The translations under genes were made by a program, and so were the position numbers. A stretch of DNA of 64,000 nucleotides, from NCBI RefSeq assembly GCF_009914755.1, contig NC_060929.1; one strand, written 5' to 3'. This DNA comes from the human T2T-CHM13v2.0 reference genome, Homo sapiens. Positions 39,518 to 51,816 of this stretch are shown here, piece by piece (within the stretch, counting starts at the first letter, position 1; each line of letters begins with the position of its first letter). A model generated the notes under the pieces. That model made no database searches. It saw only the letters and a list, made by a program, of their open reading frames with translations, and was not told the DNA's origin.

Positions 39518-39988
39518 TATATTTATTAGACAGTATATTTCTTATTGGTCAGAGTGCTGCCAGGGAGGATGTTTATAGATCTTGCATATGTAATTCAAGG
39601 GGAGCAAAGCCTGAGTGTAGTTTGTAGGAGGTGATCCAGTTGTGTTCTCTTCTGGGGTAGACTTAAACCCAGGTTCTGTTCTTTCTGACATTGTGTCAAT
39701 GCCAGAATGCTAAGTGGGCCCCTGAGAGTAGCAGGTGTATTTTGTCTAGACAGGTTCCTTGAACCTCTGTCCTAGGAGGGCAGTTTGAGACCAGGAAAGA
39801 GGCATGGGGTTTGTAAACAGATGGACCTGGGCTCAAAACCCCTTATTAGCTGTGTAACTTTAGGCAGGTGTCTTGAGCTTATGGAGATAAAACTGCTTCC
39901 CTCACATAGCCCTGAGGTCGGTAGTGCATGTGTGCTCCCTGAGCAGTGGGTTCCTCTTTCCACAGGCAGTGACTACACTCTGAGGGGC

Positions 39989-40655
39989 TGTGAACCCAGC
40001 AAGGGCCCAGGAGAGGCTGCTGGGATATACCACAAGAGTATAGGGTTATAATCAGCAGGGTTGACCACTTTGCTTTTGTTGAGGATCAACACTGGTCCTG
40101 GTCTACTTGGGGACATCCTATAAGGATCTTTTAGGTTGGAAGCTTTGTGAGGGCAGGGCTTACTCCTGGTCTCGCTGTACAAGAGAGTTGTAACAGGGAC
40201 ATCCGTCCTGAGAGGAAGTGTGGTATAGTGCAAAGCACATGGGTTCTGCAGCCTGTGTGGGTTTAAATCCTGGCTCTGCTCCTTACTAGCTATGCAACCA
40301 TGGCAGGTGATGGACCACTCTGGGCCTTAGTTTCCTCATCTGTAATATAAGCATAGCAATACCTATCGAATAGGCTGTGAGAATTAAAGGAGTTAATGCA
40401 TAGATGACACGGAACAGTGCCAGACATTTAGTAAGCCCTCAATAAATGTGATTTGCATCTCCATAGCCTAGCATAGGCCTGGTAGTCAACCTTCAGTCAC
40501 TTAGCATTGATGGAGCACCTGCTATGTACTTGGCATGTGCTAGGGAGGCCCTGGGCATGACGATCCATGCCGTGGTGGAACACACAGTCTGGCCGATGAT
40601 GTGAACCCAGCAAGGGCCCAGGAGAGGCCCACAAGAGTACAGGGTTATAATCAGC
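39989..40655. repeat. Dispersed 56-bp direct duplication (39989-40056 and 40600-40655) with a MIR between the copies
   Basis: 29-nt and 27-nt blocks match with 1 mismatch; copy 1 has 12 extra nt between them. Confidence 0.92.
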
Positions 40656-41930
40656 TATTCAACAGCTAGTTAGTTAGTCTTTTACTTATTGTTGTACCCA
40701 GAGCTGGAGGAGGGTCTAGGTGCTGAGGCCACTGACCCAGTCTGGGGGTCAGGGAAGGCTGGCTGGTGTTTGGGCTCAGATCCGAGGAGTGAGCAGTTCT
40801 CAACAAGGTCAAGAGTGGGTGGGGTGGGGGGTAGGGAATTTGTAAGAATTAACTTGTGGAAGAGGCAGCGAGAAGTGTAAATAACTTGAGGATGCCGGCA
40901 GTAAGGAGCAGGGGAGAAAGGTTGGGAGCTGGAAAGTAAGCTAGAGGGAGGATTTTTTATAGTTCCTTTTTTTTTTTTTTTAAGATCAAGTGACTTATTT
41001 AAATGCTGACAGGAAGGATTAGGTAGCAAGAGAGGGGTGAAGACGCAAGCAGGCAGGGTGCCGTGCAGTGGCGGCTGCTGGGGAGGCGGGATGAGCAGAA
41101 TGGAGCAGGGCAGAGCTCTCTGCTGGAGAAGGCTGTGCTGCTTGCAGAGGCAGGGGGCTGGGGTGGGGGGAGTTGAATGGAGAGGCAGGTGCAGGTGAGT
41201 TGTGGATTTGGACAGCAGGGGCTTAAGATCTACTGACCCAATAAATTAGTGTCCTCATGGAAGGGTTTACAAATATTTGCATCATCAAAACTACATGTGA
41301 TCATGAACGCCTGGCATTTTCCAGTGGTACCTTCCATGGTCCAGTAAGACAGAAGTCCAGAGCCCAGAGGGAGGTGTGGGGCTGTAATACACTCTCTGCA
41401 TGTCGCGGCCCCTTTCCGTGGTGGGATAACTTGACATCACATGCCGTGGGCTTGCCTGCTCCTGCCCTCAGCTAGTGGGCATCCCTCACAGCCAACTGCA
41501 AGGCTTCCCATGCTACTGTCATTTCAACTAAAGCATTACATGCCTGTTAGGATATGGCAGATTGCCGGGGGGAGTGGTGCAGAGACCTGCAGCTTTTCCA
41601 GGCACCATCTGGTTTTCTCTTACACATGGGGAAACTGAGGCCCAGAAGGGCAGGAAGGACTAGTGGACAAGAGCTCATTATCCACACTGGTGATTAAGTA
41701 TGTAAAATGCTTTAAAAATATATGTGTTGTTTGTCCATCCACAATGTGCTGTATTTTTCTGGAGGGCAGCAGCTGAGGCTTCATGGCCAGGCTCACCTCT
41801 TCCTCTCACCTCTTGCCTTTTTTCCTCGCTCAATCTATGCTCTTGCAGCGCTGAGCATACCACACTGCTTCACCCCTCCCTGCCTTGGTACATGTGCTCC
41901 CTACTGCATAGAGTACTCTTTTTTGGGGAG

Positions 41931-42281
41931 GGTATCATAGACTGAATTGTGTCCCCCTTAAATTCCTATGTAGAAGCCCTAACCCCCAGCAAGTTAGAAG
42001 GTGACTTGCTTCTATTTGGAGATGGAGCCTTTAAAAGGTGACTGAAGTTAAATGAGGTCACGAGGATGGGGCCCCGATCTTCTTGGACTGGTGGCAAGGC
42101 TGTGTGAGGACACAGCAAGAAGGTGGACATCTGCAAGCCAAGCAGAGAGGCTCAGAAGGAGCCAACCCTGCTGATGTTGATCTTGGACTTGTGGCCTCTA
42201 GAACTGTGAGGGAAGAAACTTCTAATGTTTAAGCCACACAGTCTGTGGTATTTTTTAGGAAAGCCCTAGCAAGTTAATACA
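41931..42281 (+). mobile_element. MaLR LTR (MLT1A/B-like)
   Basis: gactgaattgtgtccccc ... ctagaactgtgag ... gtttaagccacacagtctgtggtatttt ... taataca. Confidence 0.85.
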
Positions 42282-42299
42282 CAGGGATCTTTACTTTTT

Positions 42300-43270
42300 C
42301 TATATAAGAAGTATATAAACAATTGTTTCTTATAATTTAAGGACAGAGGTGCACCAGGAAATGTGAAAGTCCCATTTCAGATCTTCTCTCCTTTTATTCC
42401 CTTCCCCAGAGGACGCCCGGTCAAAAGCCCTGTAGCCTCCTTGGAGTTCTTCTCTATGTTTGCATTTGTACTGTTACATAGATTAGATTCCCCTATTTGT
42501 ATTTTTCTATAACTTGCATTTTTTCACTTAATAATGTGTTAGGGATTTTCCCATGTCAGTACAAAACAGTCTTTCTCATGCTGGATGTACAGTATCCTAC
42601 ACCTTATTCTAAAGTGTGACTATATCACAGTTTATTTAAACATTCTCATATCAATGGACTATTTCCAGGTTTTTCCTTTAACGAACATCTACGTAAAATG
42701 ATATTGGATCTATTCCCAGAATTGGAATTGTTGAGTCAATAGGTCAGTGCTTTTTATTTTAACTTTAGCTTATTTATTTAATCATGTAGAAGGTAAAGCA
42801 ACAACATGATTTATAAAGGATAAAAAGTATAAAGAAAAAGGAATTCCACCCACCATGCCCCCTATTCCCACCTCTCAACAGGCACCCCGTGGTGTCTTTC
42901 TTGTGGACCTTTCAGAGGTTTGTTCTTTTCATTTGCTTATACAATCACAAATGAATCACATTCCCTTTTCTTTCTCTCTTACACAAGAGAGAGCCCACTA
43001 TATACATTGTTCTGGAACTTGATTTTTACCTCCTACCACTGTAACTTGAAGGTCTTTCCCCATCAGCATATACAGAACATATTTATCCTTCTTAAAATAG
43101 AATTGCACAGCATCCCATTTTTCAGATGCATCGTAGTCTATTTAATTAGATTCCTATTAATGCTCAGTTTGTTTTTAATTTCTTGCTGTTCCAAACAAGC
43201 TGCAATCAATAGCTTATGGTTCATGCCTTTTAGATTTTGATAAATTGCTTCCTGATACATTCTCTCAACC
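42300..43270 (-). mobile_element. Old L1 (L1M-type) 3' fragments
   Basis: AT-rich diverged L1 3' UTR-like phrases (ttttcacttaataatgtg, ttcccagaattggaattgttgagtcaatagg). Confidence 0.55.
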
Positions 43271-43883
43271 CCTTTATCTGTCAGGCAAAATTGTTCTGTT
43301 TTTAAATGGCCTTCCAGCATCACCTCTGGAAGCTTCCCCCATAGTCAATCTCTGTCTCTGTCCCCACACCACTCCCCACAACCTGGTTGCACTGGCCCCA
43401 GGGCATTGGAATTTGTTGATTGCCCTGTATGATCTCCTCACTGGACTATGAGTTTCTCTAGGCAGGAACTGTGTCTTAGTCATCTTGGTATCACCAGTGC
43501 CTAGTGCGGATTTGGCATACAGTAGGTACTTAATAAATAACACGTGAGAGGCGAAAGGGGCCTGGGGGCTGAAAGTCATTCTGATTGATTGCCATGGGTC
43601 ATCTGCACGAGGTCCTGAGAAGACAAGTGTAAAAGAGAGAAGACTCATGACCCCAGTTCTTTCTGCTCTCGCTGGGCCTCATGGTGGTACCAGCAATGCC
43701 ATGGGGCAGACTGACTTTGACTGCTTCTATTTCTAGAAGCAATCCAGGAAGAATGCCTGTTCTTTGCTGTTCTGGCTGCACATTTAACAACACATGGGCT
43801 TCTAACATCATTCCCCTCATTGCTGAAAAAAGCAATGTAAATTAGATGAAGGAGAGCAAGCATTTTCAGTGACCTGGCCTTAC

Positions 43884-44079
43884 CTCAATTTCCTGATAGG
43901 AGTTGTTTATCATGGCTATTAGCATGTTGAGCAACACTACCACCATGGTGACGTTATAAACGCCGTAGAGAACGTAGCCAATGTTCTCGATGAATTTGTG
44001 GTCGTATTTCAGCACCACTGAGATTACTTCAGATAAGCCGAATATGGACCAAAACAAAGTTTTAAAACTTTCTTCAACC
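43884..44079 (-). CDS. TRPC7: TRPC7 exon (probably 8): (T)[17 protein letters not shown]...[17 protein letters not shown], pore helix, filter and S6
   Basis: LFW pore motif and LLNMLIAM S6 motif; ttgcag|G ... GAG|gtaagg; 196 nt. Confidence 0.97.
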
Positions 44080-44132
44080 CTGCAAAGAAACAGACGGTCC
44101 TTTTACGCAGTTTGCATCAGCTTGAACTTTTA

Positions 44133-44434
44133 TTTATTCATTCATTTATCTTGAGACAGGGTCTCACTCTGTTGCCTAGGCTGGAGTGCAGTGGCTCAAT
44201 CATGGCTCACTCTAGCCCTGACCTCCTGGACTCAAGCAATTCTCCTGCCTTAGCCTCCTGAGTAGGTGGGACTACAGCTGTGCACCACCGCACCTGGCTA
44301 ATTGTTTCATTTTTTGTAGGGATAGGATCCCACTATGTCGCCCAGGCTGGTCTTGAACTCCTGGGCTCAAGGTATCATCCCATCTTAGCCTCCCACAGTG
44401 CTGGGATGACAGATGTAAGCCACTGCATCTGGCC
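44133..44434 (-). mobile_element. AluJ-like element about 50 nt from the exon 8 acceptor
   Basis: gagacagggtctcactctgttgcctagg ... aagccactgcatctggcc; TSD AGCTTGAACTTTTA at 44119-44132 and 44435-44448. Confidence 0.95.
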
Positions 44435-46836
44435 AGCTTGAACTTTTAAAATGAAAGTTGCCATTGGTCATGCTTTACCCTGGAGTGCCCAGTTGTTACC
44501 CTGGAGTGGGGCTGGGCTGGTTGGTGATGCCTGCATTCTGAGATAATGTGATATTCAGATTTCTAAGAAGACTTTGAAAGAATATTAAAAATGGCAAGCT
44601 CTTTATTTTTTATTCAATCCATTTATTGGGACTCCTGGCTGTGGTATCACTTTTCTCTTACTGTAATTAACTTAAACATTTAAAATTAAACACCTGGGTA
44701 AATGTTTGTTCTTGTGCATTATGAGCCCCAGAAAGTGCATTCTTCCTTCCATTAAGCCCTAACCATTTCTTCTCAGACTCCACAGCCCACGTGAAGGGGA
44801 GTGATGGCAGACACCTGGAAAGTGGGCAGTGTCCACACAGGAGGATGGCATCCCTGGAGTCTGACACTTCTAGGCACTCGACAAAGAGCAGCTCACTTAA
44901 GCCTCATGACCAGCTCTGTGGCGGGCTCTCATATGACCTCCTGTTACAGAGCTGAGGCTAGCCACATGTATTAAGCTTTCTAAACTGGGGCTGAATTATC
45001 AAGAATGAGAGTGGGGATTTTGGTGTGCCCACATGGTTCAAAATCACCAGGTGATTGCCCAAACCTCACCCTACGGCTCACTTAGGTTAGATGCTGCATG
45101 TGCCTTGAAGGCAGTTCAGGTTAGTCTCAGCTTTAACGACACTGCTCTTTGGCCCTTTTGAGACTACGAAGTAACTGAAATACAGTAGTGTTATGAATAA
45201 GACCCAAGTGCATTTCGTAGTCCATACTCTATGGGCATGACACTGTATCAGGCTGATGACCTAGAATCGAATAAGAAAGCTGGATTTTGGTTGGGAGGTT
45301 TAGACCATGCATGTATATCTGGTAACATCTGAATGGTTAAGTGCAGTTCTTTTAGTTTTCATCCAGATTTTTGGTACCACTGTAAGAAAGCACTTTTTTT
45401 TTTCCTCTTTAACATTTCAGGTTTTCAACACTCACCCACAAATGGCCAGGATTAGCTAGATCTTTAAAAATATCAGCATTTCTCAAGGATTGGTATTTAT
45501 TTGACAAGATGTACAAAAATACTGGTACTCGTCACTTGGGCTAAAAATCCAACTCTTGACTCGCATGAATTTACAGCTCTCCCGAGTGTGATTGTGTGGG
45601 GGTGTATGTGTATCTGTGTGTGCGTGTGCATGTGTGTGTGTCTACCCAGCTGTTTGGCTCATTCCCTATGCACACTCTTCAGAGTCTGAAAAACTGATAT
45701 TTGAAGTGGGATTCTATTGTCAGTGTTTGTTTTTAGTTTCTTTTAAAACTGTGATTTTGAAACATTTAATTCATTTTAGCATTAGCGAGAAATAATTTAG
45801 TTGGGTGTTTATAAGCAACGACAGGGTATTAAGCCATTATTGCAGAGCTCCAGCTCCTGGTGCTATTCTGGAAGGGGGGAGAACTGTTTTCCTCATGTGA
45901 GATGCAGCATTTTGTGTGAAAAAGATGTCATCCACCCTGTGTCATGATTCACTGCAGTACTGTGTCCCATTATGAACAATCTTTCAGTTATCACACTCGT
46001 GGAAGGGAACAGTGGCAGAGAGATTTCAAAACCACCAGATGAACCCTAAATTCCAAACTGGAAGGAGACAGTAGGCCGTGATCTCTCTTAGAGTTGCTCC
46101 CTTCCTGGCAGGATCAGTGAAAACTGGAGAACAGTGTCTGAAGGGGAGGCTGGGCAGACAAGGGCTGATCTAGGATTATACACTTGTCATGGACCAACAA
46201 AGGAATGGATCATACTTGCCATAGAGAAAGGCTTTACCCAAATTCATCTTCCCTTTCTTACCTTGGAACAACCCAGAAACCTTTGGCTGACACAAATGAA
46301 GTGAGCGATTACAGAACACATCCAGGGAAAACCCTCTGAATTTTGATTAGGGAACGTGGGCCTACATTCAGCTTCCATTTTTTTCTCATTTGCATCTTGC
46401 CATAAATTTTGCCACTGAGCCCTGATTTATCCTTGGTGCCTTCTCTTAGGTATTCTATATCAATAATCTGAAGAAACAGGCCTGGCTTATTAAGCAGTAT
46501 GTGTTCCAGCAAGGTAATATTTACAAATCTCGAGGCTTTGCCTTAGTTTCTCCTTTACCTGACCCCCGCAGCTCAGGACAATTAACCTGGCCTGGAATGC
46601 TGATATGTTCAATTTGTTGTCTGTCTTCCAGACAATCTTCAGTACTGCACATCTGTTTTATTTCTGTTCTGTGGTTTAAGGAGTAACTCCTGGACTTGGA
46701 TTTGGCCATTTCTCCAACAGGCTCTACAAAAGGCCCAAACTCACTGGGACTGCCAGAGTGGGAGCCACACCTCCACAGCAAAAACCAGCTGCACCTGTCT
46801 AGGCAGGACGGGGTCTTAGACAAACTATACATTTCT

Positions 46837-47137
46837 TTTCTTTTTTTTTTTTTCTGAGACAGAGTTTCACTCTTGTCGCCCAGGCTGGAGTGCAAGTGGC
46901 ACGATCTTGGCTCACGGCAACCTCCGCGTCCTGGGTTTAAGTGATTCTCCTGCCTCAGCCTTCAGAGTAGCTGGGATTACAGGCGCGCGCCACTGTGCCC
47001 AGCTAATTTTTGTATTTTTAGTAGAGACGGGGTTTCACCATGTTGGCCAGGCTGGTCTTGAACTCCTGACCTCATGATCTGCCCACCTCGGCCTCCCAAG
47101 GTGCTGGGATTACAGGCATTAGCCACCGCGCCTGGCC
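46837..47137 (-). mobile_element. Alu (AluS-like, CpG partly retained)
   Basis: Full dimer; TSD AAACTAT(A/G)CATTTCT at 46822-46836 and 47140-47154. Confidence 0.96.
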
Positions 47138-47439
47138 CTAAACTATGCATTTCTAATGATCTCTTCTAAGCTGTTAAGGCCCTTGCTTTCTCTTTTCATG
47201 GGGCAAAATGAATGAGGTAATAAAATCTTCATTTAAAGAAAGGTGGGCCTATTGGTTTGATTCACCCAATATGGCTAGATTCACCATTTGAGGCTCTTGG
47301 GTCTTTCATTTGTACCCACATGTTCTTGTCATGAAGATAAGTGGACTAACTGAATAGACTAATTCTGTTGCTGTTTTTGTTGTTGTTATTAGAGGGCACC
47401 TTATGGGCAGAGTTATGTCCAATTATCTGGGCTAAACTG

Positions 47440-47800
47440 TAAGCAATACAATATTTTATCCATAGTTCAAACCATATAACTAAATAACTTCTGAATGGAA
47501 TTGAAGAGTTAAATGTTAAAAAAAAAATTCATGGTAAAAACACTAGAATAAAGTATTGGTGAGAATTTATTACATAATTCTGGGCTGGGGGAAGTTTCAG
47601 AAACTACAAAGCTTGAGAGATTTGGCCACACAAAACTTTACTTGTACACATGAAAAACATAATAAGTAAAAACATAAGGCAGAAGACTGAGAAAAGAATT
47701 GGTATTTGCAAACGTAAGACAAACAATGGATGATATCCTTACACTAAGGGCTGATAAATCAATATGAAAATGACAGACGTCCTGGTAGGAAAAAAAGGAA
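47440..47800 (+). mobile_element. Old L1 ORF2-region fragment
   Basis: A-rich, aattgaagagttaaatgttaaa ... cactagaataaagtattggtgagaa ... aaggcagaagactgagaaaag ... atttgcaa. Confidence 0.6.
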
Positions 47801-50800
47801 AAAATTTTCAGTGAAAACTTGATGCTTTTTATGGTGATTAGAGCTCTACAATGAACTTACGATGCCATGCTAGTGTCATCTTCCAACTTAACATGTGGCA
47901 GGAAATAAATGAAACTTGACCTCACTACCCTGAGTGGGAAATGACTTGTGTTGCCTTGACCTTGGGCACCCATAGTAATATATTCTCAGAGAGAAGGCTA
48001 GCATTGGAATGAGTCAATAGTAAATCAGTTATCCCAAGGGCTCAGGTATTGGAGCTGGCTCTAATGCCCCATGAGGTTATGAGGCTCTCTGAGTTATATA
48101 TTAATCATCATCCACAATTTTCATGAGCTCTGGAACCCAGGGCATGGGGTGGAAAGCCAGTCATTTGGGAGAAATGGGGCTGGCTTTCAGGAAGAAAATA
48201 TCTTGGAATTAGGCTAGTTACTATTTGCCATAAAGCTGCTTGACTCACAGAAAGCCCCACTTAGCTGGTCTTAAGACTAGATATGAGGTTCTTTACTGAT
48301 AGGAATGGCAACTACTGGCTCTACAACCTCTTTCCATCCACCCTAGCTAGTTATAAAGTTTGCCACAGATTCCTTCAACTGTGTCAATCACAGGAGATGA
48401 CACAGAGCTGGAGGAGTGAGAAGATCCAGGGTGCATGCCTGGGTTCAAATCTCAGCAACACCTTGTAGTGGCTATATGAGTTTGGGCATGGGACAAAGCT
48501 TGTTTGAGTCTCAGTTTACCCAACTATGAAATTGGCATAATGATGCTTCTATTGTTCAGCTGACATGAAGATTAAATGGGCAACCTATGTGAAATATAAA
48601 GTCCAATAAATGGCAGCTATTATTTTGATTCATATATTTATTGAACTATGTGCCAGGCACCGTACCAGGCGATGAGGATACACAGGTGCCCAGATCAAAT
48701 GTGTTTCTGTGCTTTTGGAGGTCCCAGTCTACAAGCAAGCCCAGTAAGATAAGAGAATGCTATGAGACTGTAAGCAGGGAGGCTCTGTTTGCCTCTGCCC
48801 TTCCCAGCATACGTACAGCCCCTCAGCCCCTCAGGTGCTTCTGCACAGGGTTGAATGGAGTCAATAATTCAGCTGCTTGTTTTCTGAACAAGACTTGTTT
48901 TTCTTCTAATCTTCAAAGATCATCACAGACCCTTGATTTCATGCAAATACTCTTTCTGATTATTCCAGCCCATGCTGTCTTTTTATATTTGACTCTGGGC
49001 CTGCAGTGGAAGGGACTGAAGTTAGTCAATAGGCCACCCCAGCATAAGAAGCACTCCTAATGAAGTAAAGGAGGAAAAGTGCCCATGAGTGATGTTGAAT
49101 AGGCCACGATTCACCCTTCTCTGGGAGGGAATGTGGGTGTGTGGGAAGGTTGGGGCTGATTTGTCATGCAGACAGCAGGGACGAGGTAATCAGTTCTCCA
49201 CCAGGTCTGTCTCGGCTGGATAACAGGACTTTAATAACAGGTTGCCTGAAGAGGCAGTTGTATACGGGCCTCAGAGAGCAAACTGATCAACAAGGAGAGG
49301 GTTCAGGGTGACAGGAAAATTGCTGCTTCTTCAGAATGCCATATCTCTCTCTCCCCACTGCCAGGACTCCTAGCCCCTACCACTGAATAGTTCAGTTCAG
49401 TTACCTAATCAAATCATCATATAGCAGGCTAAAATTAAGCAGGAGGATCAGCCTTTAATTGAAAAAGGCTGTTTCCCAAGCTCAGCAGACAATAGCTGGC
49501 ACTCTGCTAGAGTTCTGCTGAAGGAGAATAATGCTCACCTATCATCCAAGTTGGGCTGATGGAGGAAGATGTTTAGAATGGATAAAGATCTTCTCAGAGG
49601 CTGTGCTTCTCTAATGCCCAGACCCAGAGACTGAAAGCAGTTGGACCAGGTTTGAGGATGGTTAAATGCCTGAGAAAGTCTGAACTCATCCCTTCCTTGG
49701 CCCTGCAAAGTTCTGTCCTCCGAATCACCTCTGAGTTCTACCTTGGGTCCTCAACAAGGAGTTTGATTTAGACAGTCTAGAAGTAGAAGAGTCTGGGGCC
49801 ACAGAACTGATGCCAAGAACTGGGATATGTAAAGCCTGTGCAGCCTAGATTTATTTATACTGAGGGGTTTCACTGTACCCCATGCAGCCTGGGAACTCTT
49901 GGAGGGAAGAAGCTGTGTTTTCTTCATCTTCGAAACTGCAAACCTCATCAGAACCTGGTACACAGGAGGCATTCAACAAATTCAAAGTCAGCTGAATAAA
50001 CGAATGAATGAATCCCTAATGCATGTTTTGACTTCCTGTTCCCTGATCCTAGTGTTGTTGAGTCCAGGTGATGATGAAACAATCGAGGTGCAAGTTCTGA
50101 CTCCAGGCAAACCTGGTTTGAGTATACGTTTTTGGCCAAATAGCCTCATCTCTCTGTGCTGCTTTGTTTCTGGCTGTAAAATGGGAAAACAGTAATCTCC
50201 ACTTCATAGAATTGTTGTGAGGATTGAATGAGTTAATGGAATGCTTGTGAAATGCATAAATTACTGCCTGGCACATACTAATTGCTCAATTAATGTTACT
50301 AATTTTATTACTAGTGTTCATTTTTTACAAAATCTGCATCAACTGCAATAGGCTCCAATATCTGGCTGAAAGACTATGGAGCCCTGCAATTAATTTTCAG
50401 AAAAGCCCTTGGAAAACAGAAATCAGATCCTGCCCCTCTCTGTTAGTGGCTTTCCCTGTGGCTGACAAAGCCCATCATCACCCAGCGCAGGCCCTCAAGG
50501 CCCTGGGTAGTCTGGTTCCTCCCGCCTCCTGGAGCCCGAGGCTGGCTCTCCCTTCACTCATTGCACTCTGCCTGGGTGCACTGGCTGAGCTCTCTCTTGG
50601 AATGCCTTCCTCTCTCTCTGTACCTGGCTGCTCCTCCTCTTTTTCTTATTGAGGCTTCAGGCTCAGTCAGCATGTGCTCCACGAGACCTTCTTTGACGAC
50701 CTGTCTGAAGGAGGCCCTCTCTCATGACTCTTCTGTACAGTGTCTTACTTCCCTAGCTCCGAGCTCTTAATCTATAACTATCTTACTTGCCTATTTGTTT

Positions 50801-51679
50801 ATCTTTTTGCCTCTTTTCCCTCTGAAATGTGAGCTCCATGCTGACAGGGCCTGCTGACCTCCTTCGTCACTCTGTCCTCAGTACTCAGAATAGTGTCCAG
50901 CTTGTAGCTGGGGGGAGGGGTCAGTGAACATTTTTGTCAATGGATGATGGAACGCTGGGAAACTGAGGCAGAAGGTGATCTGGCACTTGGCCTTACCCAG
51001 CTTGCCTCAGACCTGCCCCTGCTGGTAACATCTCAAGCTAACCCTGGACATTGCAGTTTCCTGCCACTGTCACTTAGAGAAATGGCAGCTTAAACCATAT
51101 TATCATCCTAGAACTGAATTTTAGTGCATAAAAAGGTGAGACCCTCTCCCCTGTCAGACAGTGACCGTCAGCCTGAGAAGCAGATGGAGGGCCCTGGGCA
51201 GTGCTTGAGAGGGTGCCGTGAAGCCAGCATCCTCAGGAGCACATTTTCTGTGTGTTGTCAGGTCTTTTTCCTCAAAACTTGGTGGTTCTCAGACTGTTCC
51301 AGGGGCTCACAGGTCCCAGGCTTTTAGAATCCAGGTCACAAATAAACATGAGAAGAATGTATCCATAAACATTTTACGATAGTAGAGTGTCTGTTGTAAC
51401 AATTATTCTTCTAAAGTAGCCCAGGAAAAGATCTATATTTTTATCACTTGTTGGAGAGTTATACAAAGAAAAAGACCTTATATTAGACCCAAATGATCTT
51501 TTTTGACACATAAAGGTCATTTCCAGGTCCCCAGCCTCTCTGAGCCTGACTTGAGCCCCACACTGATCTCAGCTGCCTTCTCCATCAAGCCTTAGAACTT
51601 TTCTGTGCTGGTTTCTCCACCTGAAAGTGGGTGCAGTAAGCTCTCTCATCCCTCCCAAACACCCTATGCCTAACTTGCA

Positions 51680-51816
51680 TTAATTAATTAATTAATTTTT
51701 GAGATGGGGTCTCAATCTGTTGTCCAGGCTGGTCTCGAATTCCTGGGCTCAAGCAATCCACCCACCTTGGCCTCCCAAAGTGTTGAGGTTACAGGCGTGG
51801 GCCACTGTGCCCAGCC
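51680..51816 (-). mobile_element. FLAM (Alu left monomer) with a (TAAT)n tail
   Basis: gagatggggtctcaatctgttgtccaggctggtctcgaattcctgggctcaagc ... gtgcccagcc. Confidence 0.88.

Noticed and set aside
44008-44028. REST/NRSE-like TTCAGCACCAC inside exon 8
   Set aside because: Only the left half matches; the GGACAG half is absent, and the sequence is explained by the codons for VVLK.
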